A stretch of 60,126 bases of DNA, filler included, from Basidiobolus meristosporus CBS 931.73 (Eukaryota; Fungi; Basidiobolomycota), in the NCBI GenBank assembly GCA_002104905.1. It is 3 parts of 3 records of this genome, joined end to end, with 100 filler letters (N's around TTAATTAATTAA, not from the genome) between each part and the next. Parts side by side here need not be neighbours in the genome. Positions count along the whole stretch, not along the records: positions 1 to 19,243 come from MCFE01001039.1; 2 more parts are not named here. One strand, 5' to 3'. Of this stretch, positions 1 through 11,651 are shown one piece after another (position 1 is the first letter of the stretch; each line of letters opens with the position of its first letter). The notes beneath the pieces are model-generated. The model was not told where the DNA came from, did not search any database, and worked only from the letters and a program-made list of their open reading frames with translations. The translations under genes and the position numbers were made by a program.

Positions 1-265
1 TTATCACCTGAATATTCATGCTAACTTAGTCACATAGGTTTTATCCTTTGATTAGCATTCTGTTCTGACCAAATTTCTTGTTGGGATCAGCTTGGAATAT
101 TTTCTACCAGTTGTCAGGTACCCCAATTATGATCTCTCTTGAAGTTGTCCAAAAGCCCCCTAACTTTGTACACATTTTCTTGGGACCTTCCTTAGCAAGC
201 TCTCTACATTTGCTTCTTCTACTTTATAAGAAGTATAAATGCCATACTTTTGATCAATAAATCTT
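1..265 (+). repeat. Divergent, partial relic of the Ty1/copia LTR family
   Basis: Alignable by eye to the LTR at 46002-46350 (aacttagtcac, ctgaccaaatttcttgttgggat, aagttgtccaaa, cttgggaccttcctta, aagtataaat, caataaat). Confidence 0.7.
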
Positions 266-1959
266 AAGTGAATATTATGTAGATCCTCTAGTTCCCTACA
301 TTACTTCCAATACTACTCAGAATATTGCAACAGGTTAAGAGCCCCAAAGATGCTGTCCTCTTGGTGTCTACTTTGTCTTGTATTCTTTTTGGCTAGTCTG
401 GAGAAAGACTCTTCACACTATTGCACTGCTAAAGCTATAGATGACTACTGCTGCTAAAAGAACTATGTTGATGAAGATATTGCTATGGCAAAGAAGGCCT
501 TGCCTTCAAAAGACTCATTCAGTAACTACTCAAGCTAGATATGACGGAGATCCTATCAAGCTTAAATATAAACATGTCAAGATATATAGTACGTTGGTGC
601 ACTACCACTACTGAAGAAAATTGCATAATTCCAGCAATTGAGGGTCCAGATCTACAATGGAATGTATTATTATAGGTTTTCATATAACCTTAATTGACTG
701 TTAGACAAGCTTTTGAATATGATATTATCGTGAATTGCATAAAAAAAAAAGATCATTATTGAATGATTGCAGGAGGCAGATTCTACCAATTCTGTTACTG
801 CTAAAAGTAAGGCTGAGAATGCCAATACTGGATCTGCTAACTGCTATTTTGGACTACCTTTTGATGGAAGAAGATCTCAGAGACAAGCTGCCTCAAGTGT
901 TAAGATCCTACTGATATATAGTACATATATATTTACCTGGAGTACAGATGTGTACAGTACAATCCAATGGAATATGCTTGTATCAAGTGTTCTGATACTA
1001 AAATAAATGTGCCACAAGCTAAATATGGAGCTGTTAGGTATGCTATTGTTATGTTCAAGTCTCAAAACAGTGGTAGAAAGTATTATACAAACTTAGCAAG
1101 ATCATCTCAAGAAGATTCCACTGCCAGCCAGGAAGCGTGAAGCAAATGATTGCAAGCCTGACTGGAGTATACATCTAAGCAGCAGATCACCAGTATACAG
1201 CCAAGAGCCACTCAGAAGATAACATACTACTTTATACTTGCTATATATATATATTACTTATTGCAATGGGAGAAAGCAATTTGCAAAACTTGATTCTCTA
1301 GATCAGATTAGAAGAACTATGATTGATCAAGTCACTGCCAAGCTCTGCAACTCAAAAAGCTAATATATTGAGGTCCAATACTAAGGTATAAATGATATTA
1401 GCTTTCAAATGCAGCTTATATGATCAAGTTTGGTCAATTCTATCAAAAGTTAGGATTGATCCAAGGGGATGCCAATTTTGACTATATTACTCTCAAATAG
1501 GCTGATATTCTGGATCAATGATTTCATGAGGGCTTCTATGCTCAAACACACCATGGTCTCACCTGTAAGAAAGTCCAGAACTATCCCACAAAAGGATTCT
1601 CCCCTGAATTACCAGCAGAAAAAACAGAAGGAAAATGGGAAAGTACTACTACCACAAACTAGGTTACTTCCTAAATATCTATGTAGGCTATATTTGGACT
1701 ATATAGCAATGCAGATATGTTCCATAAAGCCACTTGTACAAAGCTCTCAGGCCAGAAGCCCCCAAAGTGCCTTGAAACTTTTGCAGGATCTGTCATATAT
1801 TGTAGTATATATTGGAGCAGAGTATCTAATGCAGAAGTCTTGATGTTTACTGTCTATGGAGTTAGAAGAAAAGGGCACAAGGATTAACCAGATGGTTTTT
1901 ATGGATTCTGCAGACACTGAGTAGATAAACTAGCTTTGCAAGCCAAGCTCAAGGCTGAG

Positions 1960-4728
1960 AATAACTATGTGCTTAGTTCTAGCATGAAAAGTTGATTATC
2001 TAACTAATTTAATGCATTCTTGATTATCTTGAAGTAAAGAAATAGGCATTTTTGTCATAAGCCTAAATCTTTAAGAGCTTCCCTAGCCACATTGCTTTTC
2101 TTGTAGCTACACGGGCTGCCATATACTCTGCCTCTATGGTAGAAAATGCAACAGTTGGCTGCTTTCTTAAGTTCCATGAAATTGCTCTTTTAGAGTACAT
2201 TTGATGCTTCTTTAGTATATCTCAAATTTACTTGGATTGGCTTAGGGTGATGGTCTTGGCATATTGTGTATAGAGAGCTTTATCTCTAAGTAGTAATGGA
2301 GTTCTCTTAAATCAGACATCTTGAACTCTTTAGATACGTTGGATTTAATCACTTCTAATATTTTTAGGTTATCTGTGGCTATAATAGGATCATTGGCATA
2401 TAGAGCTATTAGAGCTGGATCTGCTCTGTCTGGCTTATAGTGTATGCTATAGTCAGCATTACTCTGCTGAGACTCTAAGATTCCATAGAAGATTCTATTT
2501 TGCAATTCCAGGCTCTGGGTGATTGTTTGGATCCATATAGAGACTTTTTGAGCTTGCAGACCAAATGGGGGATATCTTAGTCTACAAACCCATCAGGCTG
2601 GCCCATATAGATGTCCTGATCAAGTTCTCCATTCAAAAATGCAGTTTTTACATCCATTTGGTGTGTTATAAATGTATATTTGGCTGCAATAGCCAATATT
2701 AATCTGATGGAATTCAACTTGGCTACTGGTGCAAAGGTGTCAGTATGGTCAAGTCCTTGTGTTTGAGAGTATTCTTTGCCCACAAATCTTGCTTTGTATC
2801 TTCCAATTGTAGCATTGGCCATGCATTTTGTCTTAAAGACCCATCTGCATCCAACTGATTTTTGGTTGATTGGTAATTTGACCAAGTTCCAAGTTTGACT
2901 TTCCATTGGGGTCTGATACTCCTCAGTCAGGGTTAATGAGTCCTTTTGTGTGAGAAAATGTTCATTGTTTTGCTCTGACTCAATCCTGACAGTTGATGGA
3001 CTTGATATCAGATTTTTGTCATCATCTGATGTCTTTTTTGTGAAAATTGTGAATATTCTTCAAACAACACATCCCTGAACTTAAGCAGCTTCTTTACTTT
3101 GGGATTGTAGAGTCTGTATGCTTTACTTGCACTGCAGTATGCCAACAATATGCATTTTACACTTTTTGGCTCAAATTTTGACTGATTTCCAGTCAGTTTC
3201 TTGGCATATGCTGTACATACAAATAATCTTAGATATTTTGAGCACAGTGTGTATCCATACCATGCTTTAAGTAGAGTTGAATCACAAAGTGCTCTGTTAT
3301 AACTCCTATCTTAAGGGTGTATATATGTGGTAACTAATTCCACCCAAAAACCATTGAACAATTGTTGATCTGTTTGCACATTCAGCTACTCCATTTTGCT
3401 GTGGGGAGTATGGTACAGTGGTCTCTTGCTTCATCCCTTGAATTTTGCAGAAGTTGATGCAGAGTTTTGAGGCATTTACTCACCATTGTCAGAGCTTATT
3501 TTGTTGATTTTTTTGCCAGTTTTTCTCTCCACCATGGCTTTAAACTCCCTGAACTCATACAGAGCTTCTTCCTTTCTCTCCATGAAGTGGACCCACATAT
3601 ATCTTGTATAATCATCAATAGAAGTGATTAAATACTTCATCCTGCCTAAGGATAAATTTTATATAGGTCCACACAGATCTGAGTGAGTTAGATCTAATTT
3701 TTTCTTAGTCCTGATTAGCCCAGAGCTCTTGAATGACTGTCAGGCTTGTTTCCAATATATGCAGGCTTCACAGTGCTCCAAATTAGCTGGGGGATCAATT
3801 TTTACTCCGGAAATTGGCAGATATTTGATCATTTTGGGCAAGTAATCAAGATTGGTGTGTCCAAATCTCCTGTGTTAAAGCATTGGTGTTTCTTTATTCA
3901 AGTTACTTTTATTGGCTTCCAGATATGATGGAATATAAGTCAATCTATGCAGATTTGAATCTCTGATACCCAAAGCAATATGGGCACCATTTTGATCAGT
4001 GATCCTGCATCCAGAATTGTCAAAGTTGAAACTGAGTCCATCTGCTTTGGCCTTACTCACTGATAGTAGGTTCTTGGCTATTCCTGATAAATAGAGTACT
4101 TCTTTAAAGGTCAGTGTGTTGCTTCCTTCACTGCTTCTAGGGCCCACTTGGATAGTTCCTTTGCCCAATTTATAAAACAATCTATTGTCACCCACAAAAA
4201 CCTTCTTAATTTGAATTTCTTGATTTTGGGTAAAAGTTCTTTTTGTAGTGTAAAGTGTTGAGATGCTCCAGATTCAATATACCATGTCTGAAAATCCTTG
4301 TTTGTGGTCATATTTGGTGCAGTTGTGAATAGCCTATCTTCAGTTGATGCAGCATTTCCATATTCAGGCTTTTTCTGCTGACTATCTCTCTTTTTCAAGC
4401 ACCAGTCTGATATATGTCCTTTCCTTTTGCAGTAGTTGCAGAACAGGTAGCTATTGCCTTTAAAAGGTCTTGGGTATCTACTTTGTTGGTCATCCTTGCT
4501 TATTAAAGCATTGTCTTTATCCTTCTTATTGGTGCTTGATTTTCTTAATTCTACATCCAGGAGCCTTCCATATATGTACTTCAAGGTCACATCTCCAGTT
4601 GTGGACTCTAGGGCTGATACAAGGCCCTGAAACTTGTCAGTCAGGCTATTCAGGATAGTTACTATCACATCCTCATCAGTAGTTGGTGCACCCACTGAAT
4701 CCATCTCATCCACCAGCAGGGTAATTCT
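1960..4728 (-). mobile_element. Degenerate Ty1/copia retrotransposon, copy C1 (gag-protease-integrase-RT-RNaseH fragments, internally deleted, 5' end replaced by a DNA transposon)
   Basis: ORF fragments: gag zinc knuckle FCNYCKRKGHISDWC, protease WYIESGASQH, RT motifs VGCRWVFKTK, ARFVGKEYSQ, HQMDVKTAFLNG, ALYAND. Integrase lies before RT (copia order). Many stops and frameshifts. Confidence 0.92.
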
Positions 4729-5382
4729 TCCTATGAAAATTATTGGGATGATCCCATCAAAAGGCCGTCACAAAGTCAAAGTCCTGTGACTAAGAGGTAC
4801 TGATCTTGTTGGGACACCATCCAGAGACCGTTGAAAAATAATTGCACCCCAGATTTCATAAAAAAACTTAGTCAAAATTTCTCATCACAACAATGTATAA
4901 GTGGCTTTTGATTGGTTCCCTGCCAATTTGCTCACTTTCTGATCCTGGACACTCTATTGCCTCTTAGGTTTGTGTGAATTGATTGGCTATTGCCTCTTTT
5001 TGCACTCCTTACTTCCTGACTCAACCATTTCCCTTACTTTTCATTTGTACAAATTGATTTATTTCCATTGAGACATCAGTTGTACCTCAATTGCCAATTG
5101 TATTGACCTATACAAGTCTCTATACCCTGCACTAACATTAAGCCCAACCCCACACTCAACAAGTTCCTCCATTAAAATCCACCAATCAATAGGTATTTCT
5201 GCTGTAACACTCTGGTTCCACAACTTTGGCAGGAACCCAACGGCTTTATGCCACTGTTCATTCACTGGTTCCCACACATCCTGGTCTTCAGCAGGCACTG
5301 CAAGGTTTAGCTCCTCATCTGCCAGTCTTTACAATAAATCCTTGCAATATTACAGTGTGCTATGATAGGATTTAGTCTGCTC

Positions 5383-6678
5383 CTAGCTTGCAGCACTAAT
5401 TGGCAAGAACTGCAGTTTTTTTTGCATGCCACCCTGTTGCAGGCTTGGAGAGACATTTTTCTCTTTACCTTTTCCTTTATCACTGCCAGGTCTTTCACTG
5501 CTACTTTGTGTGAGTGCTTCTTGTAAAGAACTACATTTTCTCCTGGGTAAATTCTGCTCTGACACATCTGTTTTGGCCTGCTTGTCCCATGCTGGCACTC
5601 TACTGACAACCTGATGTTTCTTTTCCGCTTGTTTTGAGCTCTCAACCATAGTTGTGACAGGTTCCTGTAAAAGAGGCTGGTTTTTATCACTGCTACTCTG
5701 ACTGGGTGCTTCTTGAGTGGTACTATGCTTTTTCCTTGATAAATGTTGTGCTGGTGTATCCATGCCTGCCTGCTTGTCCTTAATTGGCACTCTTCCAGCT
5801 GCCTGACGTCTCTTTGAAGCATGTCTGGGACTTTTGGCCCTGCTTGTAAAGGGCTCTTGAGGAAGCTGCTGGTTTTTAGCCATGGCACCCTTGTTCTTCT
5901 GCCTTTGATAGTTTCTGCTATTCTTGAGATACTTTCTTAAAGCCCAAAATCTGTTTGCCCATTTGAATCCAGGATAATGCTCATGGAACAAGTCAAGTGC
6001 ATTCTGCTTGGCCTTGAGCTCCTGATGGTCCCATGGTATGCCGGCCTTAAGGTGATGGCATCCTAGACTTCTGATGGCCTGTTGTATATTAGCCCACTCT
6101 TCATTATTGCACTCAACAGCTTCATGGATTTTCAGTGTCTTTTGATCTTTAGGCCTTGGTATAAACACCGCATTGTCTCCCTCCCACACTGTGATAGGTT
6201 TCTCTATGGGCTTTATCTTTGGGCACTGTTTTTGTGCTTCAAAGACTGTACAGTGTTCCTCTGCTGTTACATTGGGAAATTGCTCAATTTTGGGCTGTGA
6301 CATTGAGCTACTTGAGTTCCTTCAATGCAGCAAAGATACTACTTTCTCTATCTGGGATATTGATTGCTCTACACATATTATCTGCTAAGCCTGTTTCTGG
6401 ACAATTTCCTGATTTCTCTGGGCCATTGCATCTATCCTATCAGCCACTGCACCTAATTGCTTCATTGATGCTTCAGTATGAGCTGACAACCTACTTGCTA
6501 ATATGGGTGATGCTATCATGGCCACTTGCTGGTCTTCAACTGAGGGTACTGTGTTTGCTACATTTGCATTGGCCTGAGTATAACAGTCAGCTTGTGGCTC
6601 TGCAGTGGTTCTCAATTGCTTACTTGACTCAGAGCCTGAGGAATCTGCATTATCACCTTCAATGGGTGCACTGTCCAC
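5383..6678 (-). pseudogene. Accessory ORF of the CMC transposon (TnpA-like role inferred), interrupted by stops
   Basis: ORFs 6385-6678 and 5383-6303 are one interrupted frame (WEGDNAVFIPRPK...IQQAIRSL...YPGFKWANRFWALRKYLKNSRNY). Homologous ORFs occur in A2 (33427-35230) and A3. Confidence 0.65.
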
Positions 6679-7034
6679 AGGGCCTTTTTGGGATGTAGCC
6701 TTGCTTGTTGCACTGAATGCAACGCAAGCTGTTCTCCAACCATTCTTCTGTTGCCATTAGCAGTGGGGTTTGGTTAAGAACCAGACAACTTTGCTTTATT
6801 TTTTGGTGGCATATATATGGAAGTGAGTCAAACCAAAGGGGAAATAGTGTTACATACACATGTGTATGTGGTGCCACATCTTTATTTATAATGCTTACTA
6901 TGGTTGGTCATCATTGAATCTTACATTCATGTAGGTGCAATGTCTTAAATACAAGACTGTCTTAAGTTCACATAAGTATTGACCAAAAAGTGATAAAATA
7001 GTGTTACATTCTGGAAGGTCAAACTGTTTTCCCT

Positions 7035-9720
7035 ATGGACAAGACTACTTTGACTCAACACCACAAGAGACCAGAAAAAAGACCATGTGGCTATTGTGGC
7101 AAGCCTCTGAGCCATAAAGCATGCAGACAGCATAGGAAGTACAACAAGGATCATGGCCAGTGTTTTGCCACTTGAGTCATATTTGACTATTCATCATTCA
7201 CTACTGTACTGACATTATCTTGCCAGCCAGTATATACTTCTATATTGGCACCTGGCCATATTTGTCACCTTGCGCTAACTGAGTCAGGTGAGTTTGTGAT
7301 GCCTTTTGGCTCACCTTAGCCTTCTGAATATGGCATGCAGAGCAATAGCTCTGACAAAGAAGGTTCACTGATGGATATTGAGCCTATCTCCCCTAACAAC
7401 AATACCATGTATGAGCCCAGTCAAATCCCTATATGCAATGAGACAACACCTATTGAAACAAATGCCAAGGATACTTTATGGAGCCAAGTGAGCCCAGTAA
7501 TCCATCTACTAGTGAATGATGTAATGTTGTGGCAAGAGAAGTGGCATGTTTCCACTGATATTGGTAATGGGGGCATTGAGGGTTTATGACTACTTCTTAC
7601 CAAGATCATACCAGGATGCAACTTACCATATACATAGTACAAGTGGACAACTGTCATGTGGCTGGCAACATATGATCCAGAGACTGTCCTGATTCCAGCA
7701 TATGTTAACAGTTGCATGGCATTCACATTCAAAAATGCTACCATTGCAATGTGTCCAAATTGTCAGGAATCCACTACCATTGAGGGAAAGCATTGTTCAC
7801 ACTCTGGATATATTCCGGTCATACCCCATCTGAGGAAGCTGATACAGTCCAACAAATATTGCAAGGTTATACAGTACTGCACTCAGAATCAATCAAGCAC
7901 AAACATATTTGATATATTTGATGGCAAACATTTCAAATAGCTAAGAAGCAAGGGCTACTTTGAAGGTATGTATGACCATGCCTTTGCTTTAGCACTTGAT
8001 GGATTCTCATTAGACAAGTACTCTACCAGCAAATCCTGCTGGCCATTGATTCTCATCAATCTGAATATGCCACCCATCTTATGGTATCAGAGCAATAATC
8101 TGATAGTAGTCTCACTGGTATCTGAGTCTCAATCACTGTACAACCTGGAAACTACCTATATCCATTGCTGGATGAGTTTTGTATGCTTTCCAGCAGAATA
8201 ACGGTAAATGGCCATCATATAAAAGCGCATATTATTATCTGCATTGGAGATGCACCAGCCATTGCAAGATAGCAGGTTTTCCTGGGCATAATTGATGGTA
8301 TTGCTGTCAAATTTGTGAGATCCAGGGGATTTACTCCATAATTCACACATATTATTATTACCCAAACACTAGTACTAAGCACATCATCTTTCCACAGAGA
8401 GAACGTAGAGAAGTATGCATCCAATTGCAGCAAAGTTGGCAAGCTATAAGCCATTGGCCAGAATATGGAATCAATTAGATGTTATAAAAAATTTGTATTT
8501 CCACCAAAATATTCACCTAACTTAGTCACTTAGATCTTTACCTTCAAGTCCTAGAGAATACTGACCAAGTTTCTGGTTGGGATTTACTTAGAATATTTTC
8601 ACCAAAATACCAGATACCCAGAACATGAAAATTTTTCAAAGTTGTCCAGACAGCACCAAACTTTGCACACATGTTCTTGGGACCTTCCTTAACCTATTTT
8701 ACGTGTTTGCTATGCCAAGACCATGTAAAAGTATAAATGCTACTTTTACATTTAATATATCACTGAGTGAAAACTACATAATTGACTTGTTCTCCCAATC
8801 ACTTCCAATATCTCTAAGACTCTTATAACATTAGAAACTGGAGATACTTACAATAGAGGGTATCTGTTGGAGCAAAAGCTCTCCACTGGGAGCAATGCAT
8901 TTGCTTTTCAACAATATCCCTCTACTGATGACCAAGTTGTACATGGGGCATTTCAAGCTATATGAGCCCTTCAAGATACCAGAGAAATTTGAAAGAATAG
9001 GCAAGAGAACACAGAGTATCAGCTACCCTAGGTACTTCTCACAGGCTCCAATTAATATTCATACACATATGCAACAATACAAATGCAAAGACTGGATAAA
9101 CTGGATATGTATTTATTCAAGTGGTGTTCTGAAGCCATTCCTACCAAAGGTACATTGGAAGCATTGGGAGTCATATGTGGACATTGTAGAAATATTTATC
9201 CAGAAGCAGATTACCAATGCCAACCTGACACATCTACAGCTGTTGTGTAAGGAGTTTATGACAGGATTTGAGCGGCTTTACCTCAAACATGAAGCAGAAT
9301 GCGTAGATCTCTGCTGCTACTGTATCCATTCTCTACTCCATCTTGCACAGTGTGTGGAGAATATTGGGCCTTGCTTCACCTTTTGGGAGTTTCCTATGGA
9401 GCAGGTGTGTGGGGATATGAGAAGACAAGTCAAGTTGCAGGTACTACCATATCCCAATCTCATCACAAATATTACCTTCAAGTCCATCATGGATGTGATG
9501 AATTGGCACATGGAGGTCAGCAAGAAAGAGTTGGAAAATACTGAGAACAAGTGTGCACATGGAGACACCTATGCCTATGGCATTAAGAAGCTAAGCAGCC
9601 CAAATGCATGGGTAATCAGTTAAGTAATGCAAAGTTTGGTTGGTTGCAACAAGCAACTAATTTTTATCAGGAAAACTCTACCAAGATATGCAGGATTTGT
9701 CATGGCCACAAGCTAACTTC
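7035..9720 (+). pseudogene. En/Spm Tnp2-family (Transposase_21-like) transposase, degenerate, split by a solo LTR
   Basis: Motifs CMAF..KNATIAMCPNC, DIFDGKHF, ALDGF...SCWPLILINLNMPP and the C-terminal YKCKDWINW...HSLLHLAQCVENIGPCFTFWEFPMEQVCG. N-terminal RPCGYCGKPLSHKACRQH follows an ATG at 7035. Confidence 0.85.
8480..8830 (+). mobile_element. Solo copia LTR with 5-bp TSD TTAGA
   Basis: TGTTATAAAA...TTATAACA termini, flanked by ttaga (8475-8479) and ttaga (8831-8835). The empty site is seen in copy A2 near 31625. Confidence 0.93.
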
Positions 9721-9740
9721 TACACCATTCAATACAGAAC

Positions 9741-10104
9741 ATTTAGTGGAGTAGGAGTGTTGTAAAAATTTGTAATTCCACCTAAATATTCACCTAACTT
9801 AGTCACTTAGATCATTACCTTCAAATCTTAGAGAATACTGACCAAATTCCTTGTTAGGATTTACTTGGAATATTTTCACCAAAATAATGGTACCCAGAAC
9901 ATGAAAATTCTCAGAGTTGTCCAAACAGCCCCACACTTTGCACACATGTTTTTGGGACCTTACTCAGCCTATTCTTTGTCCTTTTTATGCCAGGAATATG
10001 TAAAAGTATAAATATCACTTTCATATTCAGTAATTACTAAGTGAAAACCACATAATCTACTTGTCCTCCCAATCACTTTCAATATCTCCAAGACTCTTAC
10101 AACA
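9741..10104 (+). mobile_element. Copia 3' LTR (9758-10104) with residual pol end and polypurine tract
   Basis: gaacatttagtggagtaggag|TGTTGTAAAA matches gaacatttagctgagtgggag|TGTTGTAAAA at 45980-46010. Ends ...ctcttacaaCA. Confidence 0.9.
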
Positions 10105-11016
10105 TTTGTATGGTGTCCCAACAGCATCAATATCTCTTAGTTATGGGATTTTAACTTTGTGACAGCCATTTGACAGGATCATCACAATTATTTTTCACAG
10201 GCTTTCAACATCTCCAAATCTCTTATAGCAAGAACCACATAATCTACTTGTTCACCCAGTGACTTTCAATATCTCCAAATCTCTTACAACAACTATAAGG
10301 CTGTCAAACACTCTGACAATCCCATCATGAAGAGGATCAAGAGTTCCAAGCTGCTGACATTATTACAGCTTCATTGCAGGATCCTGAATGTTGGTCTGGA
10401 TTGGATCCACCTGTGGGACCAATTTATTTTTCAGGAGGGTTTGACAAAGAAAAGAAAATAAATCATATAATTATTGCCTCAGCCTAAATACTGGGGCTTT
10501 TAAGTTTCAATCCAGGTGACCAAGTTACTGGAGCATTTAGATTTCATTAACAGAACTTACCATGGTCCCACTCAACTGGATACTCATATCAACTACAAAA
10601 CTCAATCTAATTGTGAACTCAGATATTCAATTTGTCTGTGGCTGATGTTTGTATGGGTATACAAAGATCTAAATGGCCAAGTAATATAGATATTGAGGAG
10701 TAACACCTGAAAAATCTGGTAGAGAACAAACTCAATTCGGATACTGCACCCAACTAATTCTGAATATCAGACGCAAAATTGGATTGGCTTCATCAGCAAT
10801 GGACTGAGCGATTGTCACAGCGAAAACGAACATTCTTTATTCGGACCATAGGACGAGAGGTGGCTACAGGTATTGACGAACGACCCGTACCAACCCACTA
10901 AAGCATATACAACTTACTCGCCAAGTCTCGTCGGCTTCTAACCAAGAACGGTACCGGAACAGCCGCAGGAGCATAGCTCTGCAAAGGGAAGTACGTGCGT
11001 CCTTCTATATTCAAGA

Positions 11017-11337
11017 TTAACCACCGCTGACGGGGGGAATAACGGCGACTTCATCCCCATCCTTCAGGGCAACTTGGGAGTCCAGTTCCACATACTCCAT
11101 GTTCACTGCGAGCATGGTGTTGCTGGAGAAGAGTTTGCCCATGCCCGGATACTTCTCTGTCATCCAAGCGATCAAAGAGGCGACATTAGGGGTGGGCAAC
11201 TCAGTCAGCAAGAGGGTCTCCTCTTGGACTTGAGCGGCATCTTGGGCACTGGCGAAATAAAGTAGCTTTAATTTCTGAGGGACAAGGGTTAATAGGACTC
11301 AGAGAAGAACAAACTACTGGCCACCTACCTCAGACAT
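11017..11337 (-). CDS. MOCS2A: Molybdopterin synthase sulfur carrier (small) subunit, MoaD/cnxG-like; 2 exons
   Basis: ATG TCT GAG, a GT-AG intron (11275-11328), then KLKLLYFASA...LAVNMEYV...LKDGDEVAVIPPVSGG* with the diagnostic C-terminal GG. Confidence 0.95.
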
Positions 11338-11651
11338 ATTCCTCTGTGTATCTTAACGTGTTGCTGCTAAGCACTTCAGGATTATATGTGCTCGTATGGT
11401 TCCGAGTGGAGCTGAAAAAAACCACCGTTGTATACGAGATTACCCATATGGATCAAAATGTGAGATCTGCCTTACTTAGACTGGCATTGGTGTCGGATTC
11501 GGCTTTCCCTTACCATGTGACACTGTACTGGATCCGATACATTCTGGAATAGTACTCCTAATATACTTGAATGCCACCTTATCTTCCTCGTAAATGGAAT
11601 TAAATCGTCGTTGTTTAGCTACTTGGTTTACCCAGACTCTAACCTGGCAGA

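Larger units (their letters stand above)
4729..10439 (+). mobile_element. CMC/En-Spm (CACTA-related) DNA transposon, copy A1, with nested LTRs
   Basis: Left end (t)CCTATGAAAATTATTGG begins where the copia gag stops. A right-end-like ttatttttcaggaggg lies at about 10425-10439, with a second right-end-like motif at about 10185-10203. Contains a Tnp2-type transposase and a second ORF. Ends match those of copies A2 and A3. The right boundary is the less certain one. Confidence 0.75.

Noticed and set aside
10750-11016. Possible bicistronic MOCS2B downstream of MOCS2A as in animals
   Set aside because: No MoaE-like motifs recognised downstream; separate genes are the usual fungal arrangement.
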